The position numbers were made by a program, and so were the translations under genes. This document shows positions 12,767 to 24,547 of a stretch of 64,000 nt of DNA, piece after piece. Position 1 is the stretch's first letter, and every line of letters begins with the position of its first letter. The DNA is from Pristiophorus japonicus (lineage: Eukaryota): assembly GCF_044704955.1 (NCBI RefSeq), contig NC_091990.1:184574001-184638000 (forward strand), in the 5' to 3' direction. Below the pieces are notes generated by a model that saw only the letters and a list, made by a program, of their open reading frames with translations, was not told the origin of the DNA and ran no database searches.

Positions 12767-13955
12767 AACATAAGAACATAAGAGCAGGCAAGAACATAAG
12801 AACATAAGAACATAAGGAATAGGAGCAGGAGTAGACCACTCAAGTCTGCTCCGCAATTCAATATGATCATGGCTGATCTGATCATGGACTCAGGTCCACC
12901 TCCCTGCCTGCTCCCCATAACCCCTTATTCCCTTATCGTTTAAGAAACTGTCTATTTCTGTCCTAAGTGTATTCAATGTCCCAGCTTCCACAGCTCTCTG
13001 AGACAGCGAATTCCACAGATTTACAACCCTCTGAGAGAAGAAATTTCTCCTCATCTGTTTTAAATGGGCGGCCCCTTATTCTAAGATCATGCCCTCTAGT
13101 TCTAGTCTCCCCTATCAGTGGAAACATCCTCTCTGCATCCACCTTGTCAAGCCCCCTCATAATCTTATACGTTTCAATAAGATCACCTCTCAGTCTTCTG
13201 AATTCCGATGAGTAGAGGCCCAATCTACTCAACCTTTCCTCATAAGACAACCTCCTCATCTCCAGAATCAACCTGGTGAACATTCTCTGAACTGCCTCCA
13301 AAGCAAGTATATCCTTTTGTAAATATGGAAACCAAAACTGCATGCAGTATTCCAGGTGTGGCCTCACCAATACCCAATACAACTGTAGCAAGACTTCCCT
13401 GCTTTTATACTCTATCCCCTTTGCGATAAAGGCCAAGATTCCATTGGCCTTCCTGATCACTTGCTGTACCTGCATACTAACCTTTTGTGTTTGTTGCAGA
13501 AATACCCCCAGGTCCTGCTGTACTGCAGCACTTTGCAATCTCTCTCCATTTAAATAATAACTTGCTCTTTGATTTTCTTTATGCTAAAGTGCATGACCTC
13601 ACACTTTCCAACATTATACTCCATCTGCCAAATTCTTGCCCACTCACTTGGCCTGTCTATATATTTTTGCAGATTTTTTGTGTCCTCATCACACATTGCT
13701 TTTCCTCCCATCTTTGTATCATCAGCAAACTTGGCTACATTACACTCGGTCCCTTCTTCCAAGTCGTTAATATAGATTGTAAATAGTTGGGGTCCCAGCA
13801 CTGATCCCTGTGGCACCCCACTAATTACTGATTGCCAACCCGAGAATGTGTTTTCTGTTTGTTAGCCAATCCTCTATCCACGCTAATATATTACCCCCAA
13901 CCCCGTGAACTTTTATCTTGTGCAGTAACCTTTTATGTGGCAACTTGTCAAATGC
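12767..13955 (-). mobile_element. 5'-truncated CR1 LINE, (TTCTTATG)n-tail subfamily
   Basis: PQGSVLGPQLF, FADDTK, RPHLEYCMQFW; tail AAGAACAT repeats at about 12767-12815. Confidence 0.93.
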
Positions 13956-13959
13956 CACA

Positions 13960-14085
13960 TGAAAGTGGACCTGAGTCCATGATCGGATCAGCCAAGATCG
14001 TATTAACTAGCGGAGCAGGCTCGAGGGCCCGTATGGCCTACTCCTGCTCCTATTTCTTATGTTCTTATGGTCTTATGTTCTTAGA
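13960..14085 (+). mobile_element. CR1 3' UTR and tail stub
   Basis: GGAGCAGGCTCGAGGGCCCGTATGGCCTACTCCTGCTCC followed by TTCTTATG repeats. Confidence 0.9.
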
Positions 14086-14787
14086 AGGGTCATTGATAGC
14101 AGTCATATAGTCATACTGTAGCCCTTCCTGCATATGACCATGAACTATGCAACTAGTATTATTACAATGATTTAATGTGCGTAGCGTCTTTGAGGATGTG
14201 TAGGTCAAGGGTGTCAGTAGTAAGTTCCAACTTGCTGGAGTTTGGACATGCATGATCTGAAATAACATTTTGAGGCTATGTGAGGCCTTGGTATGGGCCA
14301 GAAAAAATTAGGTATATTGACATGCAACATTTTCTGACATGCATACCTGATAAATAGTACTGTTGGATATTCTCACCGTGGCAGCTTCCTCAAGGTGTGC
14401 CTTCTTATTCCACATCTGGTCCCATGTTATATGGTCCTGTACAAGTGCGGACTCTGGCTGCTAGACCTGCTTACAATACAGCTCTCTGGGAAGGGTGCCC
14501 CTGGAGTGCAAACAAGGGCAGTCATGGTCAGACCCATGTCACACACCATCACTTCCACTTCTCCAATGACTACTTGTCAACAGATCCTGTTTCCTGCCTC
14601 CGCTATTATTCTGCCTTCCCCTGTGTTTTGCTAGTCACTTCTTCTGCCCCAAACAGACCTGCTAGGCCACATTCCGTTAAATTTTAGGTGAAGCCCTTCA
14701 AATTTCTGCTCTCCAACTCTGGTGAGCTCCCAGTCCTTGGTCGAATATGGAATGGGTGATCATCATGAGTAAATAATTAGATTTGGC

Positions 14788-15160
14788 TTCCAATAGTGAA
14801 TCCTCCCTTGTTGGGCTTTTTACATATTGGGTTAGAAAGAAGTCCTGTACACATTGTAGGAACTCCATTCCCTTATACTCTTTACCTACCTCTTCTGTCC
14901 AATTAATAACAGGGTAGTTGAAATCCCTCATGATTATTATTCTATGTTTTGTACTCATTGCCCTCATTTGTCTCCATATTTCTTCCTCCACCTCCCTTCC
15001 ACTTAGGTGGTCTGTAGACTATACCTATTAGTGTGATTGATCCTTTATTATCTTTTATCTCTATCCAGATGGATTCTATTTTTGTCTTGCTGATAGCTGC
15101 CTCAATTGTTCTACTGCCATTATGTTATCCCTAATAGGTACAGCTATTCCACCTCCCCTT
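14788..15160 (-). mobile_element. Old CR1 ORF2 endonuclease fragment, part 1
   Basis: KGGGIAV..., IIMRDFNYPVINW, FLTQYVKSPTREDSLL. Confidence 0.8.
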
Positions 15161-15316
15161 GCTCAGCTTTTGTCAGTTCTCTTGGTAGGCATGAATGTTT
15201 CACGGCTGGATTAAGAACAGTACAGTACCAGGGATCGTGTTTTACTGATTACGTACTTAATGTATGCCTCTTTCCTTACCCTCTGACATCCCTTCTGGCT
15301 TTATTCATCCATGGAG

Positions 15317-15520
15317 TCTCATTAATGGGGAATGAGTCAGAGCAGATAAGAGAAGTAAAAGTAGGGGAACATATAGGCAATAGTGACCATAATATAATAC
15401 GCTTTAAAATGATAATTGAGAAGGACATAAGTATGATGAAAACCAGGGTAATAGATTGGAGAATAGTTGATTTTGAAGGGCTGAGAATAGAACTTGGGAA
15501 AATAAAATGGGAAACAATAT
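15317..15520 (+). mobile_element. Old CR1 ORF2 endonuclease fragment, part 2 (opposite strand)
   Basis: LMGNESEQIREVKVGEHIGNSDHNIIRF, containing the APE-type SDH motif; continues part 1. Confidence 0.8.
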
Positions 15521-16049
15521 TGTTGCAGCCATTTCAATAATATATTGTTTCATTTCTGCTGTCAATTAAAATTCCCTTTGGAGCTAGAATGGACTTTCTG
15601 GGCCCAGTTTGCCGATTAAGAAACCAGGGGTTAAAAATTAATCTCCTCAGTGCCACACGTTGACACCAAGCCAGCCACTGCTTTTTCAGCAGCTGGTGGC
15701 AGGTCTTGTGACTGGCCCCGTTTTTCACCCTCCCTTGGTGCTGCCGGTAACCGGAGAAAAACATGGCGGCGTGGTGACATCAATCGGCGTGCAACGGTGA
15801 CTTAACGTCACCAATCCGAATGTCAATTCTCGCACTGAATTCAGTGCTGGGTCCTAAGGCTGACAGTGGTGATGTCAGCAGCTCTTAAAGGGCATACACA
15901 CATCATTCAGGTAAGTTTGGATTTAAGCGTTTGGACTTTTATTTTTGATTTTATTGAAGTAGTGGCTTGCTGCAATAGATATTAAACGTGTTCAAGTGTG
16001 TGCTGGATGCTGGCAAGGTATTGGATAGTAATGGAAGGCCTCTCAGAAG

Positions 16050-16190
16050 ACAGAATATTCCGCAAATACGCAACAGGTCAGGCAGCATCCGTGGAAAATG
16101 AAACAGAGTTCACATGCCAGGTCGAGATTCTACCTGAGCTGCTGAATATTTTCAGCATTTTACGCTGGCATTTCAGATATACAGCATCTG
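16050..16190. mobile_element. Short Penelope-derived inverted-repeat relic
   Basis: CAGGTCAGGCAGCATCCGTGGA...GAAACAGAGTT and CCTGAGCTGCTGAATATTTTCAGCATTTT...TTTCAGAT..CAGCATCTGC match both ends of the Penelope element at 24550-24620 and 26125-26195. Confidence 0.65.
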
Positions 16191-16339
16191 CTCACAGAGG
16201 GAAGAGAAAGACACATAAAAGGAAAAAGCAGAAGTGGTCCTACATCGTTCTTTATAGAGGGTCCCCTGGTCTCTGCAGGTAGAGGATCTCGCTTGCAAAC
16301 CCCCTGCACAAAGCTGGAGTGCTGCTTGCAAGATGCTGG

Positions 16340-17010
16340 GTCACCATCTTGCTGTCCGGAGGGGCGGGGGTCCCCAATGGAGTGCTCTCTCTATGCGGGA
16401 GTCCTCCCTCTATTTATTGGGGACTTGGCCTGGAGGGTGTTGCATGGGGCAGTCCCGTGCAATCGGTTTTTAAGTCGGTTCACGTACTTCCAGGCCACCT
16501 GCAATTTCTGTGGCGTGGAAGAGTCCATGTTCCATGTTTATGTGGAATGTGTCAGGTTGCAGACCCTGTTCCATTATTTGTGGGGGGCTGCTCCTCAAAT
16601 TCTGGCTGCACTTCAGTCCCACACTCCTGATCTTTGGGCACCCTGTGCGGAGGGAGCGGGCAGGTCAGTAGGCCTCCTCGTAGGACTGCTCCTGGGCCTG
16701 GCCAAGGGGGCCATCGACTGGTTCAGGCAGCGGGCGGTCGAGGGGGAAGTTCAGCCCGACTGCCTGCCTCTCTTCCGCGGTTACATCCGAGCCACGGTGT
16801 CCCTGGAGATGGAGCACGCGGTGTCCACCGGGACGCTCGCGGCCTTCCGCGAGAGGTGGGCGCCAGAGGGACTGGAGTGCATCATCACCCCCGGCAACCA
16901 AATTTTAATTTGATTTGTTTAACGTCCAAAGTTTAATTTGTGAATTTGTTGGATTTAGTGCCCCCTTTTAAGGGGGAGGCACTTGATTTATAGTTTTACT
17001 TAAAATAGTT
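16340..17010 (+). mobile_element. Tx1-clade (L1 group) non-LTR retrotransposon 3' end
   Basis: GDLAWRVLHGAVPCN...CNFCG..ESMFHVYVEC (zf-RVT-like), VSLEMEHAVSTGTLAAFRERWAP; stop at 16913 then T-rich 3' UTR. Confidence 0.82.
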
Positions 17011-18278
17011 GCAAGACCCTAGGTGCCCCTTCGCTGGCTTGCTGAGTCATTTGTGTTAGGGCTGAAGCATTTCTACATTTTTTTAGGTGTGGAAGCCAAT
17101 TCAGCTTCAAGAGCTGAAGACTGCCATTTGGGAATTATTTTTAATGTTTATGTTTATTTTGAAAGTCAGTAAGAGCTGAAATGCATTTTTTCACTTGATT
17201 TAAATTTTTTATTCATTTTGTTTGCATTGCTCCTTTAATCTGTAGTCCCTTTAATTGGCCACAATCCCGCTCAAACTCCACAGCCTCGCTCCCAGAGACT
17301 GTAAGGAGCAGCAACGCCGACTGTGGACGGGAATTTAGGGTCGGAGGCCTCCACTAAGGCCCCCAGGAGGGCGTTGCACGACAAGTTGGCGCTGTGCTCC
17401 ACATCACCAACCTCCAGAGCCATTTATTTTAATGTTAGCGCTGAGGCCATTTACGGCACCCGTTAACTCGAGTTGATGGTGACAGCAGCAATTCTGTTGC
17501 CGCGCATAATATTTTCCCTCCGCAATATTAGTCACTGAAAGATTTCATGGCGGACAATTTTCGGCGGCGTGTTCAGGTGCTAATGATCCTCTGAGGTGGG
17601 CAAGATGTCATGTTATTTTGCCCAAAGGGTGAAAACAGGTGCTAAATGGGTGCTGTGCTAATATTACATGCCTGTTTGAAAGTCTGGATTTAGCACACAA
17701 TTTTGGTCCTATTTGTGATTAGCATCATTTGAACTTGTCTGGAGGTGCTAAACCAGAAACCTGCAGGTTTAGCACTCAAGTGCTGATTCGATGCAATTTT
17801 CATGGAGCAGTGTGTGTGTCTCTTCTAAACTTAAATGGATCTTGGAGCTGGAGTACAAGGCTAAACATTTACCTCGTATTCCCATGGCTTCTTTGTTCGG
17901 GCCACCTGAAGTATTAGGTCGAAAGTCTTATAAAAATGGATATTTGCCACACTAAATTAACTACTTTGTTCAAATGTCGGCATGGGGGCTAAATACCATA
18001 GCCCCCGAGAACGGGCGCGGGCATGGCGATGCACGATTAGCCTGTGCCCGTTGAGGCCAATGCAGGGAGCATGCCTGCTAATTAAAACGACAGTAGTGTG
18101 CCAGCCCAGAGCTGAATGCAATGTTGAGTGGCTGCACGCTTCAGCAGGGGGCCCAAGTTTGTGCGAGGCTAGCACCATTAAAGCCAGCCTACACCTCTTA
18201 AAGGGGAGGTGCATTTGGGCTGGAGCAGGTGCTGGAAGAGACTGGCAATGACATTCTGAGCAGAAAGAATACATACTA

Positions 18279-21050
18279 ATGGCAGAACAGGGGAGAGCGC
18301 GGGCTCCAAGATTTTCCAACGCAGCATTGGAGACCTTGGTGCAGGGGGTAGACAGGTGGACAGCCGTCTTCTATCCTTAGAGGGGCAGGAGGCACTCCAG
18401 ACAAACTCTCAGAAGGCAATGGGAGCAGATAGCCTTGCGGTCAATGCTAACAGTGTAATCCTGAGAAGCTGAATGCATTGCCGCAAGAAGTTTAATGAGC
18501 TCACATGAGTGAATTCATCTCCAAATGCCACATCCTTATATCTGAACCACTAGACTCAGCCATTGCTCAATTCACCACACCCCCATCACTCACATACCAG
18601 CAATTTCTATCAATCAGGACTCATACTTCACCCTCACACACCTAGGACTGCTGCAAGCCTAATGTTTCATAGCTTACACACACTACCGGCTATTCAACCA
18701 TGACAGGCACATCACCCATACACATTGTACCCCACTCACTGACACACTTCCCTCTCTCTTACAGGACAAGGTGGCTCATAATCAGAAGTAGCAGGGGCTA
18801 CCCGCAGGGAGATAGGAGCACTTGCATGACCTAATCTCCATCAAGGAGACAGTGCTGGAGATTATTGGAGCGGCCATCGAAGAGCCTGTGGCCAGCGGTG
18901 GGGCTGAAACCACCGAAGGTGACGGTATCCTCATATCTAATTTTCTCACATTCCACTTCCCTCTAAATCCCACAATTTCTTCTGATTTACAAGCTGCAGA
19001 CGGTGTAAGCATTGACCACTTGCTTCCCTCCCCACTCCCCCGCATCCACTTCCCCCCTCACCGCAACCCTATCTTTCTGCCTTTCTCCTTTCAGATAGCC
19101 AAGAACTGCAACCTGGCTTGGCAATGGTGGGGGAGCAAGAACTGGGAGAGGAAGAAGGCAGTGATGTTGAAGACACAGCACCGTCACTCGATTTCCCACT
19201 TGCAGCCACCAGCTCAGATACTGACACCCTGCGTAATTTCGAGGTTAGGTTAGACGCGGGATCTGCACGTAGTGGGTCACAGGGCACGAGTGACCAAAGC
19301 CAGGGCAGGGGGCAAGGCTAACGCAGGTGCCAGCTGCCCAGAGGGCGAGTTCCTGCACAAGTTCTGCTGCAGAGGACTTCCATCAGTCGGCCTATATTGG
19401 TATGCACAATGAAGTGCTTGGTGCATTGGCAGGCCTGCCAGAAAGCTTGCGTGCAATGATAAGGAGCACAGAGGACTCCGGCACCAACCTTGGCACAAGG
19501 TTTTGATCAGAGCTTCGAGCCTATCCTTTCCAGCAGGGAAGTGATGGCCAACTCCATCAGTGCACTTGTGGACCCAGCCAGGATGTAGTGTCTGATGGCC
19601 GATGTCTCAGCTTCCATTGCAGCACCAGCAGAAGCCACCCCACGTCTTGATGCTGCAGTGGAAGCTGAGACCTCTGTCATGCAAGTGCTGCTTGCTGCCA
19701 CGCAAGCTCAGACCGGTTCCATCATGCTGCAGTTACCAGTGTCGAAATGGACTTGCAGGGTGTCATAGAAACATAGAAACATAGAAAATAGGTGCAGGAG
19801 TAGGCCATTCGGCCCTTCAAGCCTGCACCACCATTCAATATGATCATGGCTGATCATGCAACTTCAGTACCCCATTCCTGCTTTCTCTCCATACCCCTTG
19901 ATTCCTTTAGCCATAAGGGCCACATCTAACTCCCTTTTGAATATATCTCAACATATATGGCCTTAACAACTTTCTGTGGTAGAGAATTCCACATGCCCAC
20001 AACTCTCTGGGTGAAGAGGTTTTTCCTCATCTCGGTCCTAAATGGCTTACCCCTTATCCTTAGACTGTGACCCCTGGGGTTCTGGAGTTCCCCAACATCG
20101 GGAACATTCTTCCTGCATCTAACCTGTCCAATCCCGTCAGAATTTTATATGTTTCTATGAGATCCCCTCTCATTCTTCTAAATTCCAGTGAATATAAGCC
20201 CAGTCGATCCAGTCTTTCTTCATATGTCAATCCTGCCATCCTGAGAATCAATCTGGTGAACCTTCGCTGCACTCCCTCAATAGCAAGAATGTCCTTCCTC
20301 AGATTAGGAGATCAAAACTGTACACAATACTCCAGGTGAGGCCTCACCAAGGCCCTGTACAACTGCAGTAAGACCTCCCTGCTCCTATACTCAAATCCCC
20401 TAGCTATGAAGGCCAACATGCCATTTGCCTTCTTCATCGCCTGCTGTACCTGCATGCCAACTTTCAATGACTGATGTACCATGACACCCAGGTCTCGTTG
20501 CACCTCCCCTTTTCCTAATCTGTCACCATTCAGATAATATTCTGCCTTCCTGTTTTTGTCACCAAAGTGGATAACCTCACATTTATCTACATTATACTGC
20601 ATCTGCCATGCATTTGCCCACTCAACTAACCTATCCAAATAACCTTGTCACAGCAGTTCAGCTATCTATTCTCCAATAGATTACTAGGATTGTAGAGGCA
20701 CCACTCCAGGGGAATGGCAGGGGCTCCATGGTGCAAAAAACCTGCTGTCCTCTCTCAGGACGACACCATTCATCCTCCCATCCCTGCCACTCCACCAGTG
20801 CCCCTGCTGTTGTCTGTCAGCCCAGACAGTTGCCGCCCATGCCGAGATGGTACAGTCCAAAGCCGGGTCGACTAGGCCCAGAGCTGCTCGAGGTCATCCT
20901 CCAAGGTCATCTGCAGTCTGCTCCACTGAAAGTCAGCAGCCTTCCACTATCCGTGCTGCAGCCACTGGGGTAGCACTGCGTAGGAGCACGATGACAGGCA
21001 AACGCATACGGACGACAGTTTCTATGGGAATGCACAACGGTGATTAATTG
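18279..21050 (+). pseudogene. Harbinger Myb/SANT DNA-binding protein gene, spliced, disrupted
   Basis: ATG 18279 MAEQGRARAPRFSNAALETLVQGV..W..IA..CRKKFNEL; acceptors TCTCTCTTACAG (exon from 18765) and TTCTCCTTTCAG (exon from 19095); in-frame stops and a CR1 insertion. 3' end approximate. Confidence 0.78.
19766..20645 (-). mobile_element. 5'-truncated CR1 LINE, (TTCTATGT)n-tail subfamily
   Basis: WQMQYNVDKCEVIHFG, RPHLEYCVQF; tail at 19766-19790; TGTCA duplicated at 19761-19765 and 20646-20650. Confidence 0.95.
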
Positions 21051-21216
21051 ACTTTAGTATGTAATATTGGATGGTTTGATTTATAAATTGGGTTTGGAAT
21101 GTTTGTTTCGTGGTGGCTTTTATTGTAACATTGTGGCCAAGAGGACGCTGTGATGGTCAGTAACAGGGGGCAGGTAAAGTGTGAGACTTTGGGCGAATGG
21201 GGAATTGGGGTTGCAT

Positions 21217-22322
21217 TCACTGGTACCACAGTTGGATGAATCGATCACATACAGCCTGGCCAGAAAGGGGCTGCGTTGGTTGCCTCCTCCCTTCCACTTG
21301 CCCCTCCTCCTCTTCCTCCTCCTCATCCTCAGCTCTTCGCCGCATACCTGGTGGCAAGGGCTGTGTCCTAATGATGGCGAGGTTGTGAAGCATGCAGCAG
21401 ACCAGAACGCAGCTTGAGGTGCACTCTGGTAAGCAGTGCCGAGCTCCTCCAGAGTGGTTCAGGCAGCGGAAATGTTGTTTAAGGACGCCCATCATCTGCT
21501 CCATCACATTCCATGGGGCAACATGGCTTTCGTTATATGCATGCTGCCCACATGCGTTTGGATTGCACACCAGGTGTTATGAGCCAGGTGGTCAGTGGAT
21601 AACTCTTATTGCCCAGTAACCACCCTCTGGTTTGTCATGCTAGCTCAAATGCTGATGGTACAGCGGACTGCTGCAGAATCAAGGCATCATGGCAGCCATG
21701 ATACCAAGCATTGACTTGCATGATGCGCTGAGTATTGTCACACACCAGCTGGACATTGAGGGAGCTGAACCACTTCCGGTCACGGTACATCTCCGAATTG
21801 AGATGCGGTGCCCGCAAAGCAACATGTGTGCAGTTATTGGCACCCTGCACCATGGGGCAGCCTGCTGTCCTGGCGAGCCACAAACTCGCTCAGCCTGCTT
21901 CTCTCTGGCAAGAGAGAATGAAATGTATTCACATCCCTTTGCATACAGAGACAGTGCACAGCAAACTGGGAGATGTTGGAAATATTGCCTGCTCCAGCCT
22001 GGAAGGAGCCAGCTGCATGAAAATGCATGGTCCCACTCACCTTTACAGCCACTGGAAGTATTGTCCTCGCACGGAACAGGTGGCAGGTTTCAGTGACCAT
22101 CTCCTTAGTGAAGCAAAGACATCGCATACATTGTTCCTCGGTGAGGTGGAGGTTGGAGAATTGCTCTCTAAAGACCATGGGTGGATATGGCCTTCTGCTG
22201 AAAGCCCCTTCTCCTCTCCTCCTCCTTCTCCCTCTTTGAGCAGCTTGTTCTGCTCTGTGTCGCCTCTGTTCATTTTCTCTGTCATGCTGCAGTCCAAGGA
22301 GGATTCAAACTACTGCACCCAT
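21217..22322 (-). pseudogene. Harbinger DDE transposase, frameshifted
   Basis: VFREQFSNLHLTEEQC, VQGANNCTHVALRAP, SLNVQLVCD, GCHDALIL, YNESHVA..VMEQMMGVLKQHFRCL, CCMLHNLA. Confidence 0.9.
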
Positions 22323-22500
22323 TTTTTCTTAATTCATTCATGGGATGTGGGCATCAGTGGCAAGGCCAGCATTTATTGTCCATCCCTAATCGCCCTTGAG
22401 AAGGTGGTGGTGAACCGTCTTCTTAAACCTCTGCAGTTCATGTGGTGAAGGTACTCTCACAGTGCTGTTAGGGAGGGAATTCCAGGATTTTGACCCAGAG
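22323..22500 (-). mobile_element. 3' tail stub of a second CR1-group LINE family
   Basis: Reverse complement of ...AATTCCCTCCCTAACAGCACTGTG...AAGGGCGATTAGGGATGGACAATAAATGCTGGCC...CCCACATCCC; same tail as 60368-60511. Confidence 0.75.
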
Positions 22501-24547
22501 ACCTATGTATGGGAGCAACTGGTCTGAGCAGAAGCCTTCTCTGGAGACTTCAGCAACTTTAAATATGATAGCAAACCACAAAACTTTTCTGCAAACTCAG
22601 AGCCAGTGGAAATCATTCACAACTAACCTGAGAGCAGTTAGTAATCCCTTTAAAAGTGCTGGTGGGGGTCGTTCCCACTGCTGAACACACATTCAGCTGT
22701 GCATGTTTTAGAGAGGGCGTTAGCTGGTGTGTTGAAGGTTAAAAATGGTAGCGCTCAGCTAGAAGTGTGTGTACACGGTGTGAGTGCCATTTTAGACACA
22801 AAACGGCACCTGTAGCACCGAAAAAACCATGCGTTACAAAACCTAAATGTGTGGCCTCAATATCTCACCCATGTGAACGAGTCTTAATGAGGTTTTGGGT
22901 CAATATAAATAAAAGTTACATTCTTACTATGTTGAAGGTAATTAGAGGATGTTACAGAAATGGTAATGCTAATTATTAACATGATCTGTGCATGGAATGC
23001 TATTAACAGCTATATCTTGAAGTAGCATCGGTGAGTCCTGTGTGTTATGTTTCAGCGTTCAGCCTGGAGTTATCCAAATAAATGAAAGTTCACAGAATTA
23101 AAACACCATACACATGTTTATTGTAAATAGTTACTAAACCCTACAGTAAAATAAAATGCAGTGTCCATTTGATTTAACTCTCCAATCTTGTTTTGAAAGT
23201 TTATAAAATTCCAGTGTAGTAATCTATTTCCTGCTGCTATTACTCTTGAACCAGCTGTGAGCACAGAAATAATGATCTGGTTACACAAACAAAGAAAACA
23301 GAAAAAGATTGGTTGAAAAACCATCGTGTTGCATTAATAACAAGCAAGACAAGAATGACTGGATCCAAATGCTGCATTGGATACCTCTAGTATTGAACTT
23401 TCCACCGACCCAAACCTGACAATTGCATTCATTTATTGGTGGGTGTCAAAAAGCAGCCTCTCATTGTCAGCTTATCTGTCAAAAATCATCATCCCTACGC
23501 ATACACAGTAGTCCACACACTGGAGAAATGTTCTCTCAACCCTACAACTTCAAAGTAATGTGCTGCTCTTAGAGTAGAGTCAAACTGTACACATGGAACA
23601 TACAACAGGGAGATGTGGATTCTCAACAGCACTAAGGAAATCTAATTTTTCACTTCATAGAACTTATTTCAGAATTTACCATGCCAACTGAAGTTCACGT
23701 TCCTTTTGCTGAATTTTAACATGGATTTTGTTGAATTCAAGTGCAAATGTTTCAGAGACCCAATATGCACATGCCTGATCCAGGTTAGATTCTGATTCAG
23801 ACAGTCATGATAGTTTCTCTCCAAATGAAATATGTACGAATCAAGATCAATTTGTAACAATGAACAGTGAGTGGTGTAGTGCCTTCAACTCTATGGGTAC
23901 TGACAATGCTAAATGTTTGTTCCAGTGACCATAATCCACATGCACTTACCTGGATCATTCCACTGAAGACAAACCTTCTCACAAGCCTGCTTTACAAATG
24001 AATAAATTGTTGACATATTGACAAACTACGGGACTTTCAGTGGTTTTAGGATGCTGTTAAATTTCTACAGTACGTTGATGTTATGAAGTATAAATTTATA
24101 CACTTCTGTTGGTGTGGGTGTCAGTAATTGTATAATATAATTGCAGTAATAAACTCACAATAAGTGTTCTCTTGAGATTTGGTGTATAATGTCCACTGGA
24201 ATGAATTAATTTGTTTTTGCTTCATTAATAGAATCTTTATTAGGGAGAAAGCTATCAAATTCTATTGACATTTGTGGGTGTAGAAACATATTGTTATGAG
24301 CATGATTGCTTGAAGACTGTTCTAATTAAATGATACTGAATTAATTTTTATACACTAAATATAGAAACTGCAAAGATGGAAACTCTGATGTATCTCAATG
24401 AGAACCTCATCAGCATGGTAAAATACTAATTAAAATGATAAAGTTTAATCCTACAAAGTTTAGCACCATGTTAGGTAATTGTGATTGTATGAAAAATATG
24501 ATCAAACAAGACAAATTTTAAATAATGGCATGACATCAAATAATTAT

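Larger units (their letters stand above)
17980..22857. mobile_element. Near-complete decayed PIF/Harbinger transposon (convergent Myb/SANT and transposase genes)
   Basis: Both genes are recognisable and convergent, the standard Harbinger layout. Outer boundaries approximate; no clean TSD found. Confidence 0.8.

Noticed and set aside
21217-22322. Host HARBI1 or NAIF1/MSANTD genes
   Set aside because: Multiple decayed copies with stops and frameshifts in transposon context; these are Harbinger relics, so no symbol was assigned.
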